A stretch of 64,000 nucleotides of DNA, from the NCBI GenBank assembly GCA_049512055.1, contig JBEKXK010000004.1:5065-69064 (forward strand), given 5' to 3'. Below, one piece after another: positions 11,303 to 21,320 of this stretch. The position numbers and the translations under genes were made by a program. The notes under the pieces were generated by a model that searched no databases, was not told the DNA's origin, and saw only the letters and a program-made list of their open reading frames with translations. Positions within the stretch are counted from its first letter, which is position 1, and each line of letters opens with the position of its first letter. This DNA comes from Syntrophales bacterium. GTDB taxonomy: Bacteria; Desulfobacterota; Syntrophia; Syntrophales; UBA2185.

Positions 11303-11356
11303 AAGTGATATTAATCACTTGACATAAATTATCTTTCGTATCATAAATTCGTATCA
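11303..11356 (+). promoter_or_regulatory. candidate promoter/operator region of the XRE gene
   Basis: Palindrome AAGTGAT-ATTA-ATCACTT at 11303-11320 overlaps a TTGACA at 11319-11324. Direct repeats TTCGTATCA occur at 11335-11343 and 11348-11356. Confidence 0.3.
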
Positions 11357-11372
11357 AGACTATATTTCATAC

Positions 11373-11585
11373 ATGAGAATGAAGATGAAAAAAAATAAAG
11401 TTAAACAGTTCCGGGAAGATATCCCCATGAGCATTGCCGAGCTCGCAAGGAAGGCGGACTTAGCACCCCAGACTGTAACAAAGATGGAAAAAGGATTGCC
11501 AACGAGAAAGTACTCCGAACTGAAAGTTGCGAAGGCGTTACAGAAGAATTATGAAGACGTTTTCTTGTCGGATAAAGATGCTTAG
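11373..11585 (+). CDS. small XRE-family helix-turn-helix DNA-binding protein
   Basis: 70 aa. MSIAELARKADLAPQTVTKMEKG is an HTH_3-like pattern. Several in-frame Met starts are possible. Confidence 0.6.
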   Translation: MRMKMKKNKVKQFREDIPMSIAELARKADLAPQTVTKMEKGLPTRKYSELKVAKALQKNYEDVFLSDKDA

Positions 11586-11635
11586 TATATTTTTTGCATA
11601 ATACTATTGCTGCGTGTTGGAGACTAGTGGTTAGA

Positions 11636-11902
11636 ATGAAAGTAGGAAGGTACCTTGTTGTGTTCATTTTTCTGATGAGTTTGCTCATCACCTTCGGCAA
11701 GAGGGGGCTCATCGACAACTATTCCATGAAGGAACGGTTAATGGCTCTCAAGAAGTCGAATCAGGATATTTCCCTTGAAAACAGGGAATTAAGCAAGAAA
11801 GTAATGTTGCTAAGAGGCGACCTTCAATATATGGAAACAGTGGTGCGAAATGAGCTCGGTATGGTCAGAAAGGGAGACCTCGTTTATCGATATCTGAAAT
11901 AA
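11636..11902 (+). CDS. ftsB: septum formation initiator (FtsB/DivIC family)
   Basis: N-terminal TM segment (YLVVFIFLMSLLI), a coiled coil, and a C-terminal VRNELGMVRKGDLVY motif. The start is trimmed to Met15 of the ORF. Confidence 0.7.
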   Translation: MKVGRYLVVFIFLMSLLITFGKRGLIDNYSMKERLMALKKSNQDISLENRELSKKVMLLRGDLQYMETVVRNELGMVRKGDLVYRYLK

Positions 11903-11939
11903 ACCTGCATGAGAAAAAAGAACCAGGCACGGTGATCCT

Positions 11940-13067
11940 ATGTTTGATGTCAAAAATTTGTTAGCAGACGGCAAAAGGATATTCACTCTTGATGCCATTA
12001 AGAACCTGTTTCCGGCCAGCAAGAGCCTGGTCGGTCTTGACATAGGATCAAGCGCCATAAAGCTTGCTGAAATAGTCGAGACGCCTAAGGGCTACGTACT
12101 TTCCCGGTTTTCTCAGATACCTCTGGCAACGGGTGTGATAGTGGATGGAGTGCCTGTCGAACATCAAGAACTGGCCCAAAAAATAAAACAACTATTCAAA
12201 CAGTCCGGTTGCAAGAGGAAGTCCATAGTTACCTCACTTTCAGGACACTCCGTCATCATCAAGAAAGTAAACTTTCCCACAATGGATGAAACGGAACTGC
12301 GTGAGCTGATAAAAGATGAAGCAGGAAAGTATTTACCCTTTGATAGCATGGAGGCGGTAAGCTACGACTTCCAAATATTGGGCGAGAATGAATTCAACCC
12401 CAATCAGATGGATGTTATTATTGTTGCGGCGAAGAATGATATCGTCAACTCCTATGCAGATGCCATCCAGCAGGCAGGCTGTTCGCCGGTTATCATGGAT
12501 GTGGATTCCTTCGCACTGGAGACCATGTATGAAGAGAATTACGATTTTGAAGACACTGAAATGGTTGTCCTCGTCAATATTGGGGCAAGTATCACGAATA
12601 TAAATGTCCTCAGAGGCGGTTCTTCGGTCTTTACTAGAGATTTTATGCTGGCAGGAAATTCCATAACTGAAGCCCTCGGCCAGAAGATGGGAATCGCCTT
12701 TGAAGAGGCTGAGAGAATCAAGATCGAAGGTCCCGATGGTAACGAAGCTGCGGATAGGGAATTCCGGGAAAGTCTCCTTTATTATGCCGACCCGATCTGT
12801 TCGGAAATTGAGAGGTCCGTAGATTATTTCAGGTCCACCTATGGGGGGGAATATTTGAAACGCATTCTCCTCTCCGGCGGAAGTGCAAGAATACCGGGTA
12901 TCGTGAATGACCTCACACAGAGGCTCGGCGTGGAAGTGGAAATCGCCAATCCCTTTAAAAAAATAGGCTACGATACAAAGGCCCTGAATCAGGCTGCAGT
13001 TGAAGAGATTGCACCGATCGCTGCCGTGGGTGTCGGACTGGCGCTGAGAAAAGTTGGTGACAAATGA
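11940..13067 (+). CDS. pilM: type IV pilus assembly ATPase-fold protein PilM
   Basis: 375 aa, actin-like fold. Contains LVGLDIGSSAIKLAE and GGSARIPGI. It is the first gene of a pilMNOPQ string. Confidence 0.9.
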   Translation: MFDVKNLLADGKRIFTLDAIKNLFPASKSLVGLDIGSSAIKLAEIVETPKGYVLSRFSQIPLATGVIVDGVPVEHQELAQKIKQLFKQSGCKRKSIVTSLSGHSVIIKKVNFPTMDETELRELIKDEAGKYLPFDSMEAVSYDFQILGENEFNPNQMDVIIVAAKNDIVNSYADAIQQAGCSPVIMDVDSFALETMYEENYDFEDTEMVVLVNIGASITNINVLRGGSSVFTRDFMLAGNSITEALGQKMGIAFEEAERIKIEGPDGNEAADREFRESLLYYADPICSEIERSVDYFRSTYGGEYLKRILLSGGSARIPGIVNDLTQRLGVEVEIANPFKKIGYDTKALNQAAVEEIAPIAAVGVGLALRKVGDK

Positions 13068-13612
13068 TCAGAATTAACCTTCTTCCCTACCGGGAAAGAG
13101 AAAAGAAGGAGGATATCACTCGTCAGGTTGTTATCATTGTCATTACCCTCGTCGTCTTTCTCTTAGTCATAGGTTCCTTCCAGCTTTATCTCAGCATGAG
13201 TGTAAGCAGCCTCGAGAAAAACATAAAACTCCAGGAGGAGGAACTCTCTCGTCTGACAAAGACTATAGGTGACATAGAACAGTATAAGTTGAACAAGGCG
13301 ACTCTGGAGAGGAAACTCGCTATAATCAACAACCTCGAAGAAAACCGTCTGGCGCCTGTTATGATGCTTGACGAACTTTCGCTGCTGGTTCCTGTGAAGG
13401 ATGTCTGGCTCGATAAGATCTCAGAGAAAGGTTCCGATATTACCTTGGACGGCATGGCGAGAAATAATATCGCCGTTGCACATTTTATGAAGAATCTCTC
13501 TGGGGCCAACTTTGTCATGACTGTCGATCTCTCATCCACCAGGGAAAAGGAAATTTCTGGCATGAAATTGCAACAATTCGTCATATCTTGTGTGAAAAAG
13601 AGGATTCCATAA
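13064..13612 (+). CDS. pilN: type IV pilus assembly protein PilN
   Basis: MIRINLLPYRE hallmark, a single TM segment and a coiled coil. ATGA overlap with pilM. Confidence 0.85.
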   Translation: MIRINLLPYREREKKEDITRQVVIIVITLVVFLLVIGSFQLYLSMSVSSLEKNIKLQEEELSRLTKTIGDIEQYKLNKATLERKLAIINNLEENRLAPVMMLDELSLLVPVKDVWLDKISEKGSDITLDGMARNNIAVAHFMKNLSGANFVMTVDLSSTREKEISGMKLQQFVISCVKKRIP

Positions 13613-13616
13613 TTAG

Positions 13617-14321
13617 ATGGCTCTCACTTTCGAAGACATAAAGAAATGGCCTCCAAAGCGTAAAGCAATGGCTCTTGGCATAATTTATTTGCTTTTAGGC
13701 GGTGCATATTACTCTCTTTTTATGCAATCATCCATGGATCAGAAAGGGTCCTTGGACAAGAAGCTTTCCGAACTCCGGGAGCAAGTCCAGGAAAAAGAAC
13801 GTCTGGCAGCCCAAAAGGGCAAATATGTGAGTGAGGTTAATGTCCTGAGGGAAGCATTCAAGATTGCCCTTACGAAGCTGCCTGAGCAGCGTGAGATACC
13901 GGGTCTCCTATATTCTGTTGCCGAGGCCGGAAAATATTCCGGCGTAGATTTTATGCTTTTCGAACCGAGACAAGCGGAAAAGAAACCCCGAGAAACGGAA
14001 GATCTCGGAGTAAAGCCGCCAGCTGCAAAAGCCGCAGCACAAAAGCCGGGTGACAAGAAACGTGTCGAGGCGCCGAACCCGCAGGAAGAACAGTTTTATG
14101 AGGAGATACCAGTTAGAGTAACAGTCAATGGGAGCTTTCATAGCACGGTGACTTTCTTTGAGAAGGTCGCGAAGCTTCCCCGGATAGTCAATATTGAAGA
14201 TATAACCATGTCAGAAACGAAGGACGTAAAGCGGGGGCGCGTCATTGTTACGAACTGTGTGATAAAGACTTACATGTTCCTCGAAAAAATGGATGAGAAA
14301 AAGGCTGATGGAAAAAAATAG
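13617..14321 (+). CDS. pilO: type IV pilus assembly protein PilO
   Basis: TM segment plus coiled coil, a ferredoxin-like C-terminal part and a Lys/Ala/Pro-rich insert. Position lies between pilN and pilP. Confidence 0.8.
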   Translation: MALTFEDIKKWPPKRKAMALGIIYLLLGGAYYSLFMQSSMDQKGSLDKKLSELREQVQEKERLAAQKGKYVSEVNVLREAFKIALTKLPEQREIPGLLYSVAEAGKYSGVDFMLFEPRQAEKKPRETEDLGVKPPAAKAAAQKPGDKKRVEAPNPQEEQFYEEIPVRVTVNGSFHSTVTFFEKVAKLPRIVNIEDITMSETKDVKRGRVIVTNCVIKTYMFLEKMDEKKADGKK

Positions 14322-14844
14322 ACCCCGATCTCACGTAATACGAATCCTTCTGGTCTCAATTGCTGCTCTGTGGCTGTCAGTGTCCATATCTATAGCCGCG
14401 GTGCCACAATCACCTGAAACTAAGGCGTCGGGTGCCGATATGGCTGAAACGAAGGTCCCAGATGTCAAAACGGCCCCTACATACAAATACAACCCCATTG
14501 GAAAGCCCGATCCCTTTAAACCTTTTATCGAACAGGAGCTGAGCCCGAAAAAAAAGACTGAATCAAAAACCCTACCTATTTCACCCCTCCAAAGGGAAGG
14601 TATAAATAATTTCAGGCTCGTTGGCGTATCGGGTGATGACCATCACAGAATAGCCATCGTCCAGGATGTTAAAGGTAAAGCCTACCCCATTTTTCTAGGA
14701 ACTTACATCGGCCAGAACGGCGGCAGGGTAGTGGAGATACTGCCAGACCGTGTCGTTATCGAAGAAAAGGTCAACTCAGAGGCCAAGCAGGCGAAAACAA
14801 ATAGACTGACGCTGAAACTTCGCAAGGACGAAGGTGAGGAGTAA
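14293..14844 (+). CDS. pilP: type IV pilus assembly protein PilP
   Basis: Signal/TM segment and the conserved C-terminal beta domain (FRLVGVSGDDHHRIAIVQD...YPIFLGTYIG). An alternative start is at 14308. Confidence 0.75.
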   Translation: MRKRLMEKNRPRSHVIRILLVSIAALWLSVSISIAAVPQSPETKASGADMAETKVPDVKTAPTYKYNPIGKPDPFKPFIEQELSPKKKTESKTLPISPLQREGINNFRLVGVSGDDHHRIAIVQDVKGKAYPIFLGTYIGQNGGRVVEILPDRVVIEEKVNSEAKQAKTNRLTLKLRKDEGEE

Positions 14845-14846
14845 CC

Positions 14847-16649
14847 ATGAAAAAAAACATGCCCTGGATTATAATCTTGATTGCTTGTGTAATGTTTATT
14901 GGCAGCACGGAATATGCCGGGAGTGCACCGCCGGAAGATAAAGCATCCCAGGAGGCCCCTGCAGCCAAGGTGCAGGGCACAGATTTCGGTTACCTGGAAG
15001 GTATAGCATTTGACAGAATAAACGGCAAAGAGCGCCTCACCATTGTTGTATCCAGACCGTCAGGCGTCGCTATTGAATCCATAGGTGATAAAGACCTGTT
15101 GGTAAAAATGACTAAGGTTTTTGTACCCGAGGAACTCAAACGCACCCTGGGTGAAGGAAAGCTTTCCAATATAGTAAGTGTTGTGCCTTCCCAAAGAACA
15201 GTTGACGGCGAGCAATGGGCATTAATCAATATCGCTTTAAGAGAGCGCGTGCCTTACAAGGTAAACCAGGAAGGCCAGAACGTCCAGATTGACTTCGATG
15301 TGAGAAGCCTTGCAGCCAAGTCGCCTGCAGCTGAGCAGAAAACGCCTGACGTCCCTAAAGAATCGCCAAAAGTTGCAGAAGCATCTAAGGAAATGCAAAA
15401 AACTCCGGAATCTCCTAAAGAAGATATAGCTCAAAGGCAGACAAAGCCTCCCTATGGCGGTCCGGCGATATCGCTTGATTTTCAGGATGCAAATATAAAG
15501 ACCGTTCTCAGATTGCTCTCCGAGGTGGGAGGAGTCACGATTGTTTCCGGAGACGACGTCAAGGGGAACGTGACTGTGTACATGAAGAAGGTCCCCTGGG
15601 ATCAGGCCCTTGATACCATTTTAGATGTTCAGGGTCTCGTCAAGAAGCAGATTGGTGACGTGATCAGTGTCGTGACCGTCGAGAAGATGAAAAAAGATGA
15701 GGCTGACCGGAGGGCGGGGGAGGAAGATCGTTTGAAGGCCGAGGCTGTTGCCAAGAAAGCGGAACAGGATCGGCTCGAAGAGAGAGGAAGACTGCGGCAG
15801 ATATCCATAGAGGCGAAAATTGTGGAGGCCCAGGATGATTTCGTGAGAAACCTCGGGGTACAGTGGGGCGCAGTATCGTACAATTCGATTGGCGGCTATT
15901 CCTCTGCCTTGATGGCCGGCACAAATCCCGGCACAGGCAGTACAAGTCGTAGTATAACGTGGCCGTATCCGACAGGTAGTGCATTTTTAAATACGGATGG
16001 AACCGTAGTGCAGTCTGCTGCCCTTAATTATCCGGCAGCGGTAACAGGACCGTCATTCGGTCTTATCTTAGGTGGGGCCAACGCCGTTATCGAAGCCCAG
16101 CTTCAGGCCCTGGAGACAAATAATACAGGAAAGATCATTTCGTCACCAAAAATTACCACCATGGATAATGTCAAAGCTACGATAAAACAGGGACAGGAAA
16201 TTCCCTACGTTACAATAGACAAAGACGGAAACAGGAGTATAACCTTTAAGGAGGCTGTCCTGAAATTGGAGGTTAAACCTAAAATTACTCCCGATGGCAC
16301 CATTTCCATGGAGATCAAAGCGACAAATGACGCTGCGGACTACGCCACGGGTACCTTGCTGGGAGGAAACCCGCCCATTAACAAGAATGAGGTTGAGTCA
16401 AAGATCGTCGTAACGGATGGAGACACTATTGTCATCGGGGGAATACTTAAGATGTCGGATCAAAGAAATGAGTCCGGTGTTCCTTGGTTTATGAAGATAC
16501 CAGTACTGGGCTGGCTATTCAAGACTGAGGGCATAACGAAACAGCGAAAACAGCTTATGGTATTTATTACCCCGAGGATAATAGCAAAAGAAGAAACAAG
16601 TGTCGATAAATTAGAAAGGCCGAAGGGACCCGAAAAACCTAAGGGATAG
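14847..16649 (+). CDS. pilQ: type IV pilus secretin PilQ
   Basis: Signal peptide, an AMIN-like domain, an N0/N1 region (ISLDFQDANIKTVLRLL) and a secretin domain (ISSPKITTMDNVKATIKQGQEIPY; VPWFMKIPVLGWLFK). Confidence 0.93.
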   Translation: MKKNMPWIIILIACVMFIGSTEYAGSAPPEDKASQEAPAAKVQGTDFGYLEGIAFDRINGKERLTIVVSRPSGVAIESIGDKDLLVKMTKVFVPEELKRTLGEGKLSNIVSVVPSQRTVDGEQWALINIALRERVPYKVNQEGQNVQIDFDVRSLAAKSPAAEQKTPDVPKESPKVAEASKEMQKTPESPKEDIAQRQTKPPYGGPAISLDFQDANIKTVLRLLSEVGGVTIVSGDDVKGNVTVYMKKVPWDQALDTILDVQGLVKKQIGDVISVVTVEKMKKDEADRRAGEEDRLKAEAVAKKAEQDRLEERGRLRQISIEAKIVEAQDDFVRNLGVQWGAVSYNSIGGYSSALMAGTNPGTGSTSRSITWPYPTGSAFLNTDGTVVQSAALNYPAAVTGPSFGLILGGANAVIEAQLQALETNNTGKIISSPKITTMDNVKATIKQGQEIPYVTIDKDGNRSITFKEAVLKLEVKPKITPDGTISMEIKATNDAADYATGTLLGGNPPINKNEVESKIVVTDGDTIVIGGILKMSDQRNESGVPWFMKIPVLGWLFKTEGITKQRKQLMVFITPRIIAKEETSVDKLERPKGPEKPKG

Positions 16650-16730
16650 GACATTCTCGTTTCTTAGCAATCAAACGCGTTGCGACTCTTCTCTCCCAAA
16701 CCAATCTTTTTACAATGAAGAGATGCTAAA

Positions 16731-17507
16731 GTGAGCATGAATCGGTTAAACATATTACGTGCCGCCCTTGCGGCATGTGCTCTTGCCATCATGGCATGCG
16801 GGACAAGCCCATGGAATCAGGAGCAGGCGGATGCCCACATTAATGTCGGGGCTGCCTACTTGGGATCGGGACGATCTAATGATGCCTTAAAGGAATTTTT
16901 GGAGGCGGAAAAACTCTCACCCCGGGATCCCAAAGTTCATTATTATATGGGGATTTCTTATCTGGAGAAAGGGCTTACTGACAACGCCATCGATGAATTC
17001 AAGAAGGCCCTGTCCCTGAAGCCGGACTATGCGGAGGCCCACAACTTTCTGGGTATAATCTATCGCGATAAGAAACAATGGGACATGGCCATTGATGAAT
17101 TTAGAAATGCCCTTGCCAATGTGCTCTATGAAACCCCTGACAAGGCGATATTCAATATGGCAACGGCCTATAATGGTAAGGGGGATTATGAGAAGGCGCT
17201 GAAGATGTACGAGGAAGCGAAGAACAAGCAGCCGCATACAGTCCCCGCCCCTGTGATAGACCTTTATATCGGCAGAACCTATTATGACCAGGGAAATATG
17301 GGAAAGGCCATTAGTTATTTCAAGGCGTCCCTCAAGGTTGCCCCCTCTTTACTGGAGTCCCACTACTGGTTAGGGCAGTGTTATATCAAACTGCATGACC
17401 CGGCAAAGGCAAAAGCAGAGTTTAAGACCATCATCGATATAACACCGGATTCGGGATTGGGGATAGAGGCCAAGAAGAGCCTCGATTCCATGACGTCATC
17501 ACGTTAG
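16731..17507 (+). CDS. TPR lipoprotein, PilF/PilW-type pilotin candidate
   Basis: Lipobox-like LAIMAC-G and about six TPRs. It sits immediately downstream of pilQ. The functional call rests on position plus the TPR-lipoprotein architecture. Confidence 0.6.
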   Translation: MSMNRLNILRAALAACALAIMACGTSPWNQEQADAHINVGAAYLGSGRSNDALKEFLEAEKLSPRDPKVHYYMGISYLEKGLTDNAIDEFKKALSLKPDYAEAHNFLGIIYRDKKQWDMAIDEFRNALANVLYETPDKAIFNMATAYNGKGDYEKALKMYEEAKNKQPHTVPAPVIDLYIGRTYYDQGNMGKAISYFKASLKVAPSLLESHYWLGQCYIKLHDPAKAKAEFKTIIDITPDSGLGIEAKKSLDSMTSSR

Positions 17508-17637
17508 TCAAAGCCAGGTTTACGCAAGAATTCGTTCATCCCCTCATCACTCTAAGGACACTGCAAAATTTCTACGCTTTCCCCTCAGTTGTCCCGTATT
17601 TGATTTCGAGCCCTTCTCAAAAAATGTTCCCTCACGA

Positions 17638-17686
17638 AAAAATCCCCCTGCCCTTTCCCGGCGATTTGCATCCGTAAGGGCAGGGG
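17638..17686 (-). terminator. intrinsic terminator of the minor-pilin/pilY1 operon
   Basis: 11-bp stem CCCCTGCCCTT (17645-17655) / AAGGGCAGGGG (17676-17686). On the minus strand it is followed by ATTTTTT. Confidence 0.7.
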
Positions 17687-17783
17687 AACCGAAAACATAA
17701 GATTTGTTACACCCATGATCTTGCCACTAAGCGCGGGTAAAGCTCTTCGCGATAATATGACCCGCGTTTTTCTTGAGGCTCTC

Positions 17784-20700
17784 TTACTGTATTCTCCGAT
17801 CCTTCCAGTTCAGGATATTGACCTTGTTGGAGAGCCCCGGAGGATTGAAATTTACGCGCTGCGTGCTTGCCGCAATACCACCGCCGCCGCTCAGGGTTAT
17901 ATAGATATCCGCAATGGTTGATCCTCCCGGTTTCATGGAAATCAGGGGTGAAGAGGCTATGCCGGCTCCGAGTGACATGCTTCGTGATGCGCCTCCAAAG
18001 CGGCCGTCACCTGATGTATAGCCGATGGCGTAGAGCGCCGATGTGCCGCCCTGTAAACAGAGATCGCCGCTCCCCGTAGGAGGAGTGTACGTCGTAAAGT
18101 AGACCACGCCGCCAAACACCGTGGGATCGGAGAGCATCTTTTCCCCTGTTCCCACGAGGTTGATATAGAACCCGTCTTTCGTGCCCATGTCCGCGGTACC
18201 ATAGGTCTGTCCCGTGGTTGTTATATTTTTTAGATTAGCGATCGTGGGAATATTGACCCCGCTCTTGTTTTTATCCATAATAGCGAACACCGTGTCATGG
18301 GTGGTTGTATCCTTCGGGGTCTCCTTGTTTCCCGTACCCCAGTAGACCCAGCTATTCCCCTGATTATCCACGGCAAAGCTGGCGCTCGTGAAGATGGGCT
18401 GGGCCGTGGTGGATCTGTAAAGAAGCCCTCCCGTCCAGTCTGCGGTCGAGCTGGTCGGAAACTTGAAGCGCCACATGTTCCCGCCCAGGTCCCCGACATA
18501 GACCGTATCGATGAAGCCGTCAATGTCCGTGTCAATAATGACGGGGGTCGCGGGGATGCTGTATCTCATATTCGTCGCGTCATTATCGTGCGTGTATCTC
18601 CAGAGGATCTGCCCGTTGCTTAAGTCGACGACAAAGAATCCCTTCCCCCGGCAGTCACAAGCTCCGCAGGCATCTCCGGGGTTGCAGCTCGCGCCGTTAT
18701 AGCCCCCGCCGATGAAGCCGACCCATTTTTCCTTCTCGGCGCCGTCATTGTACTTCACCCTGCCTACCACCATCTTGCTCCAGGGGGCGCCGAGAAAGGG
18801 GCGATCCAACGCGTTTATCGCGCTGGTGCCGCCGAGATGCCACATGAAGGTGCCCGGTATATTGGATGTGTTCGTAACGTCAAATGCATAGTATCCGCAG
18901 TAATAGCGATAGGTGCCATCCTGTGTGCCTTGAAAGTTGTTGCTCTCGCAGTTCTGGTCGGAGCTCCACAGATTGACGCCCCCGTCCCCTTCACCGAAGA
19001 TCGCCAGCGTGTGCCAGTCCGCTTTGCTCTTGCTCGTACCATCACCCGTCCCCAGCCATACGTCCGCCACCGTCACCGCCCCGTCCACGAGATACTGATG
19101 GGCAAGAGTGGAAGGATTGGAGGCATGGGCAAGGTACTGGAGCTGGGGAAGGAGGTTGGGCGGTACGAAGCTCCACTTTTCCATCCCGAGGTGCGTTTCG
19201 AAGACGTGGAACTGGCCGTCATTCGCGCCCGCTACGATACGGCGCAGGCCGTTCGCGGAGGTACGCAGATGGTCACATCTGTGTTGGTCAAAGGCATTCG
19301 TCCACACTGTGATGCCGTTGCACGCATACGATCCATAATTCTGATCGCGGGTGTCCTCGTAAAAGAGATTCGGCGTTCCCACATTGACCGGGTTCGAGTG
19401 GAATATATCGCCGAGTTTCCAGTTGTCAGGGTTGGTTGATCCTCCCCGGACATAGTCCACGATGGCGTCCCTCTGTCCAGTGGTTAAGACGGCAACCATG
19501 GTCTGCGTGACGTTAGGGGTCCCACTCTTTACGAAAGGTATCAAGGCGCCGCCAGACAAGGTATACACATTGCGGGCGGAAGCACTGGTCCCCGCAAGAT
19601 TGGCCCCCGCCTCCCAGTTGACAGTGCCGAGGGTCCCGTCGGCATTGATGTTGTATTGCTTCAGATATCCCCGCCAGAAAGGATCGCTGTTTACGGGTAT
19701 GAAAGAGGCCTCGTAGAGGAAGTTCTCGTCAGTGACTCGGGAGGAGGCAACGGAGCTTGTGGCAAAGGAATACGTCCGTGATATGATGTCCTGAGGTATG
19801 GCAGCGAGCGCCGCCGCAAGCTGCGTGGTATTATCGGCGTAATAGGCATGGCCGTTCAGGTCGGCCGTGCCGCCGTGCGCCGCCATGGCGTCGAGCTGCA
19901 CCTTGGACTGGTCGGTGAGGGCCATGCCCAAGACGTAGGTATTGATATCGAAGGTGTAGCCGGGGATGGCCGTCGTCGTAAGCGTCCTCAAGGCGTCGAT
20001 CTGGTCTAAAACTCCCCCCGTGGCTGTCATCAAAGTGGTGGCATTACCGCTTGCGCCGTTGGGGTCCGTGCTCGGGAGTCCATCCGTTACAAAGATGATG
20101 AAATTCTTCTGGCACCACGCCTGTATCGGGCTCGTATTGGCAATACCGCTCTGATAGTCGTTCTGACCCTTGAAGTAATTTATGGCGGAACGGAAGGTGC
20201 CCGCCGTCGGCGTGAGGCCCGCATCCACGATGTACGTGCAGGCATTAGGGTTAGCTGTATTTGTGCAGCTCATGTAGCCCGTCTCGTCACCTTCGTGCAT
20301 GGCGAGTTTCGCCGTCAGGGCATTGAGCTGGCTGTTGTTGGCCGGGTTGTCGGCTGCTGCCACATGGAGATAGCCATTGCCCGGGGAGGTGTTGGCAAAC
20401 CATGTCTGCCCCGTGTGATACCAGAAGTTCCGCCTGCCGAATTCATTAAACCCGAGGGCCGTGTCCTCGTCCGTAGGGGAAAAGACCCCGCTTATACCGT
20501 CGGGGCGGGAATAATTTTTTGGATAATCGTCATTATAAGATGTCTTTGTATAATAGCACACGTAAGAATCGTCTGGCGTATCATTTGTAGTATATCCGGC
20601 GGAGTAACAGAAGCCATTCCCATAATTTGAGCCGGCATAAAATGTCCCGGGGATCTTGTAATAGACATAATTGCTGGTGTCTGTCGGGTTTGTCATGCGA

Positions 20701-21290
20701 GTCGTCTTTGGATAGGTAAGGGTGCAGTACCTGTTGCGAGGATCCGTGCTTACTGCGCTTACTGGGAAGGCCGTAAGTCCATCCGTGCCGGCGCCTGTCA
20801 TCGAGTAGTCTGCATCGAAATAGGGGTTCCCAACCCGACAGGCCGTATTGCAGGTATCTCTGCTTGCCGTATGCCCTGGATAATTTTCGCAGTAATCGAC
20901 GCATCCTGGTTCCGGCGGCGGGTTCGGGCACCAGGAAACACGCGTGTACGAAACAAAATAAGGGTCGTTATGGAGATGATACTTGCTCGATGCGGGGAGG
21001 CGGAAGGACATAAGCCCGATGCGCATGTTGTTCGCGTTGGCATTAACCACATTTATCAACTGCCTCCGGCCCTCCACGGCCCTGCTTCCCGTTGCCCAGG
21101 AACAGATGGCGTTTCCAACAAAGTCCTCGTCCATGCTGTTGGAGTTATCCAGGATGATAAGGACGTTGGGCTTCAGGTTGGCCAGAAAGATATCCGCCTC
21201 ATCGGCGTACGCGTATTTGACGCAGCCTAAGGAAATTATGAGAAACAGCCAGATAATGACTATAATGATATTTCTAAAGATCCTGCCCAT
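17784..21290 (-). CDS. pilY1: PilY1-like type IV pilus tip adhesin/biogenesis factor with an N-terminal vWA domain
   Basis: 1168 aa with a signal peptide. MIDAS DNSNS is at aa 48-52 and the vWA TDG strand (FIIFVTDGLPS) is near aa 403. The C-terminal beta-propeller region carries DTDIDGFIDTVYVGDLGGNMWRF, a DxDxDGxxD calcium-loop-like motif. Confidence 0.85.
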   Translation of the reverse strand: MGRIFRNIIIVIIWLFLIISLGCVKYAYADEADIFLANLKPNVLIILDNSNSMDEDFVGNAICSWATGSRAVEGRRQLINVVNANANNMRIGLMSFRLPASSKYHLHNDPYFVSYTRVSWCPNPPPEPGCVDYCENYPGHTASRDTCNTACRVGNPYFDADYSMTGAGTDGLTAFPVSAVSTDPRNRYCTLTYPKTTRMTNPTDTSNYVYYKIPGTFYAGSNYGNGFCYSAGYTTNDTPDDSYVCYYTKTSYNDDYPKNYSRPDGISGVFSPTDEDTALGFNEFGRRNFWYHTGQTWFANTSPGNGYLHVAAADNPANNSQLNALTAKLAMHEGDETGYMSCTNTANPNACTYIVDAGLTPTAGTFRSAINYFKGQNDYQSGIANTSPIQAWCQKNFIIFVTDGLPSTDPNGASGNATTLMTATGGVLDQIDALRTLTTTAIPGYTFDINTYVLGMALTDQSKVQLDAMAAHGGTADLNGHAYYADNTTQLAAALAAIPQDIISRTYSFATSSVASSRVTDENFLYEASFIPVNSDPFWRGYLKQYNINADGTLGTVNWEAGANLAGTSASARNVYTLSGGALIPFVKSGTPNVTQTMVAVLTTGQRDAIVDYVRGGSTNPDNWKLGDIFHSNPVNVGTPNLFYEDTRDQNYGSYACNGITVWTNAFDQHRCDHLRTSANGLRRIVAGANDGQFHVFETHLGMEKWSFVPPNLLPQLQYLAHASNPSTLAHQYLVDGAVTVADVWLGTGDGTSKSKADWHTLAIFGEGDGGVNLWSSDQNCESNNFQGTQDGTYRYYCGYYAFDVTNTSNIPGTFMWHLGGTSAINALDRPFLGAPWSKMVVGRVKYNDGAEKEKWVGFIGGGYNGASCNPGDACGACDCRGKGFFVVDLSNGQILWRYTHDNDATNMRYSIPATPVIIDTDIDGFIDTVYVGDLGGNMWRFKFPTSSTADWTGGLLYRSTTAQPIFTSASFAVDNQGNSWVYWGTGNKETPKDTTTHDTVFAIMDKNKSGVNIPTIANLKNITTTGQTYGTADMGTKDGFYINLVGTGEKMLSDPTVFGGVVYFTTYTPPTGSGDLCLQGGTSALYAIGYTSGDGRFGGASRSMSLGAGIASSPLISMKPGGSTIADIYITLSGGGGIAASTQRVNFNPPGLSNKVNILNWKDRRIQ

Positions 21291-21320
21291 AGTATACTCC
21301 TTTACGTCATGTAAAAGCTG

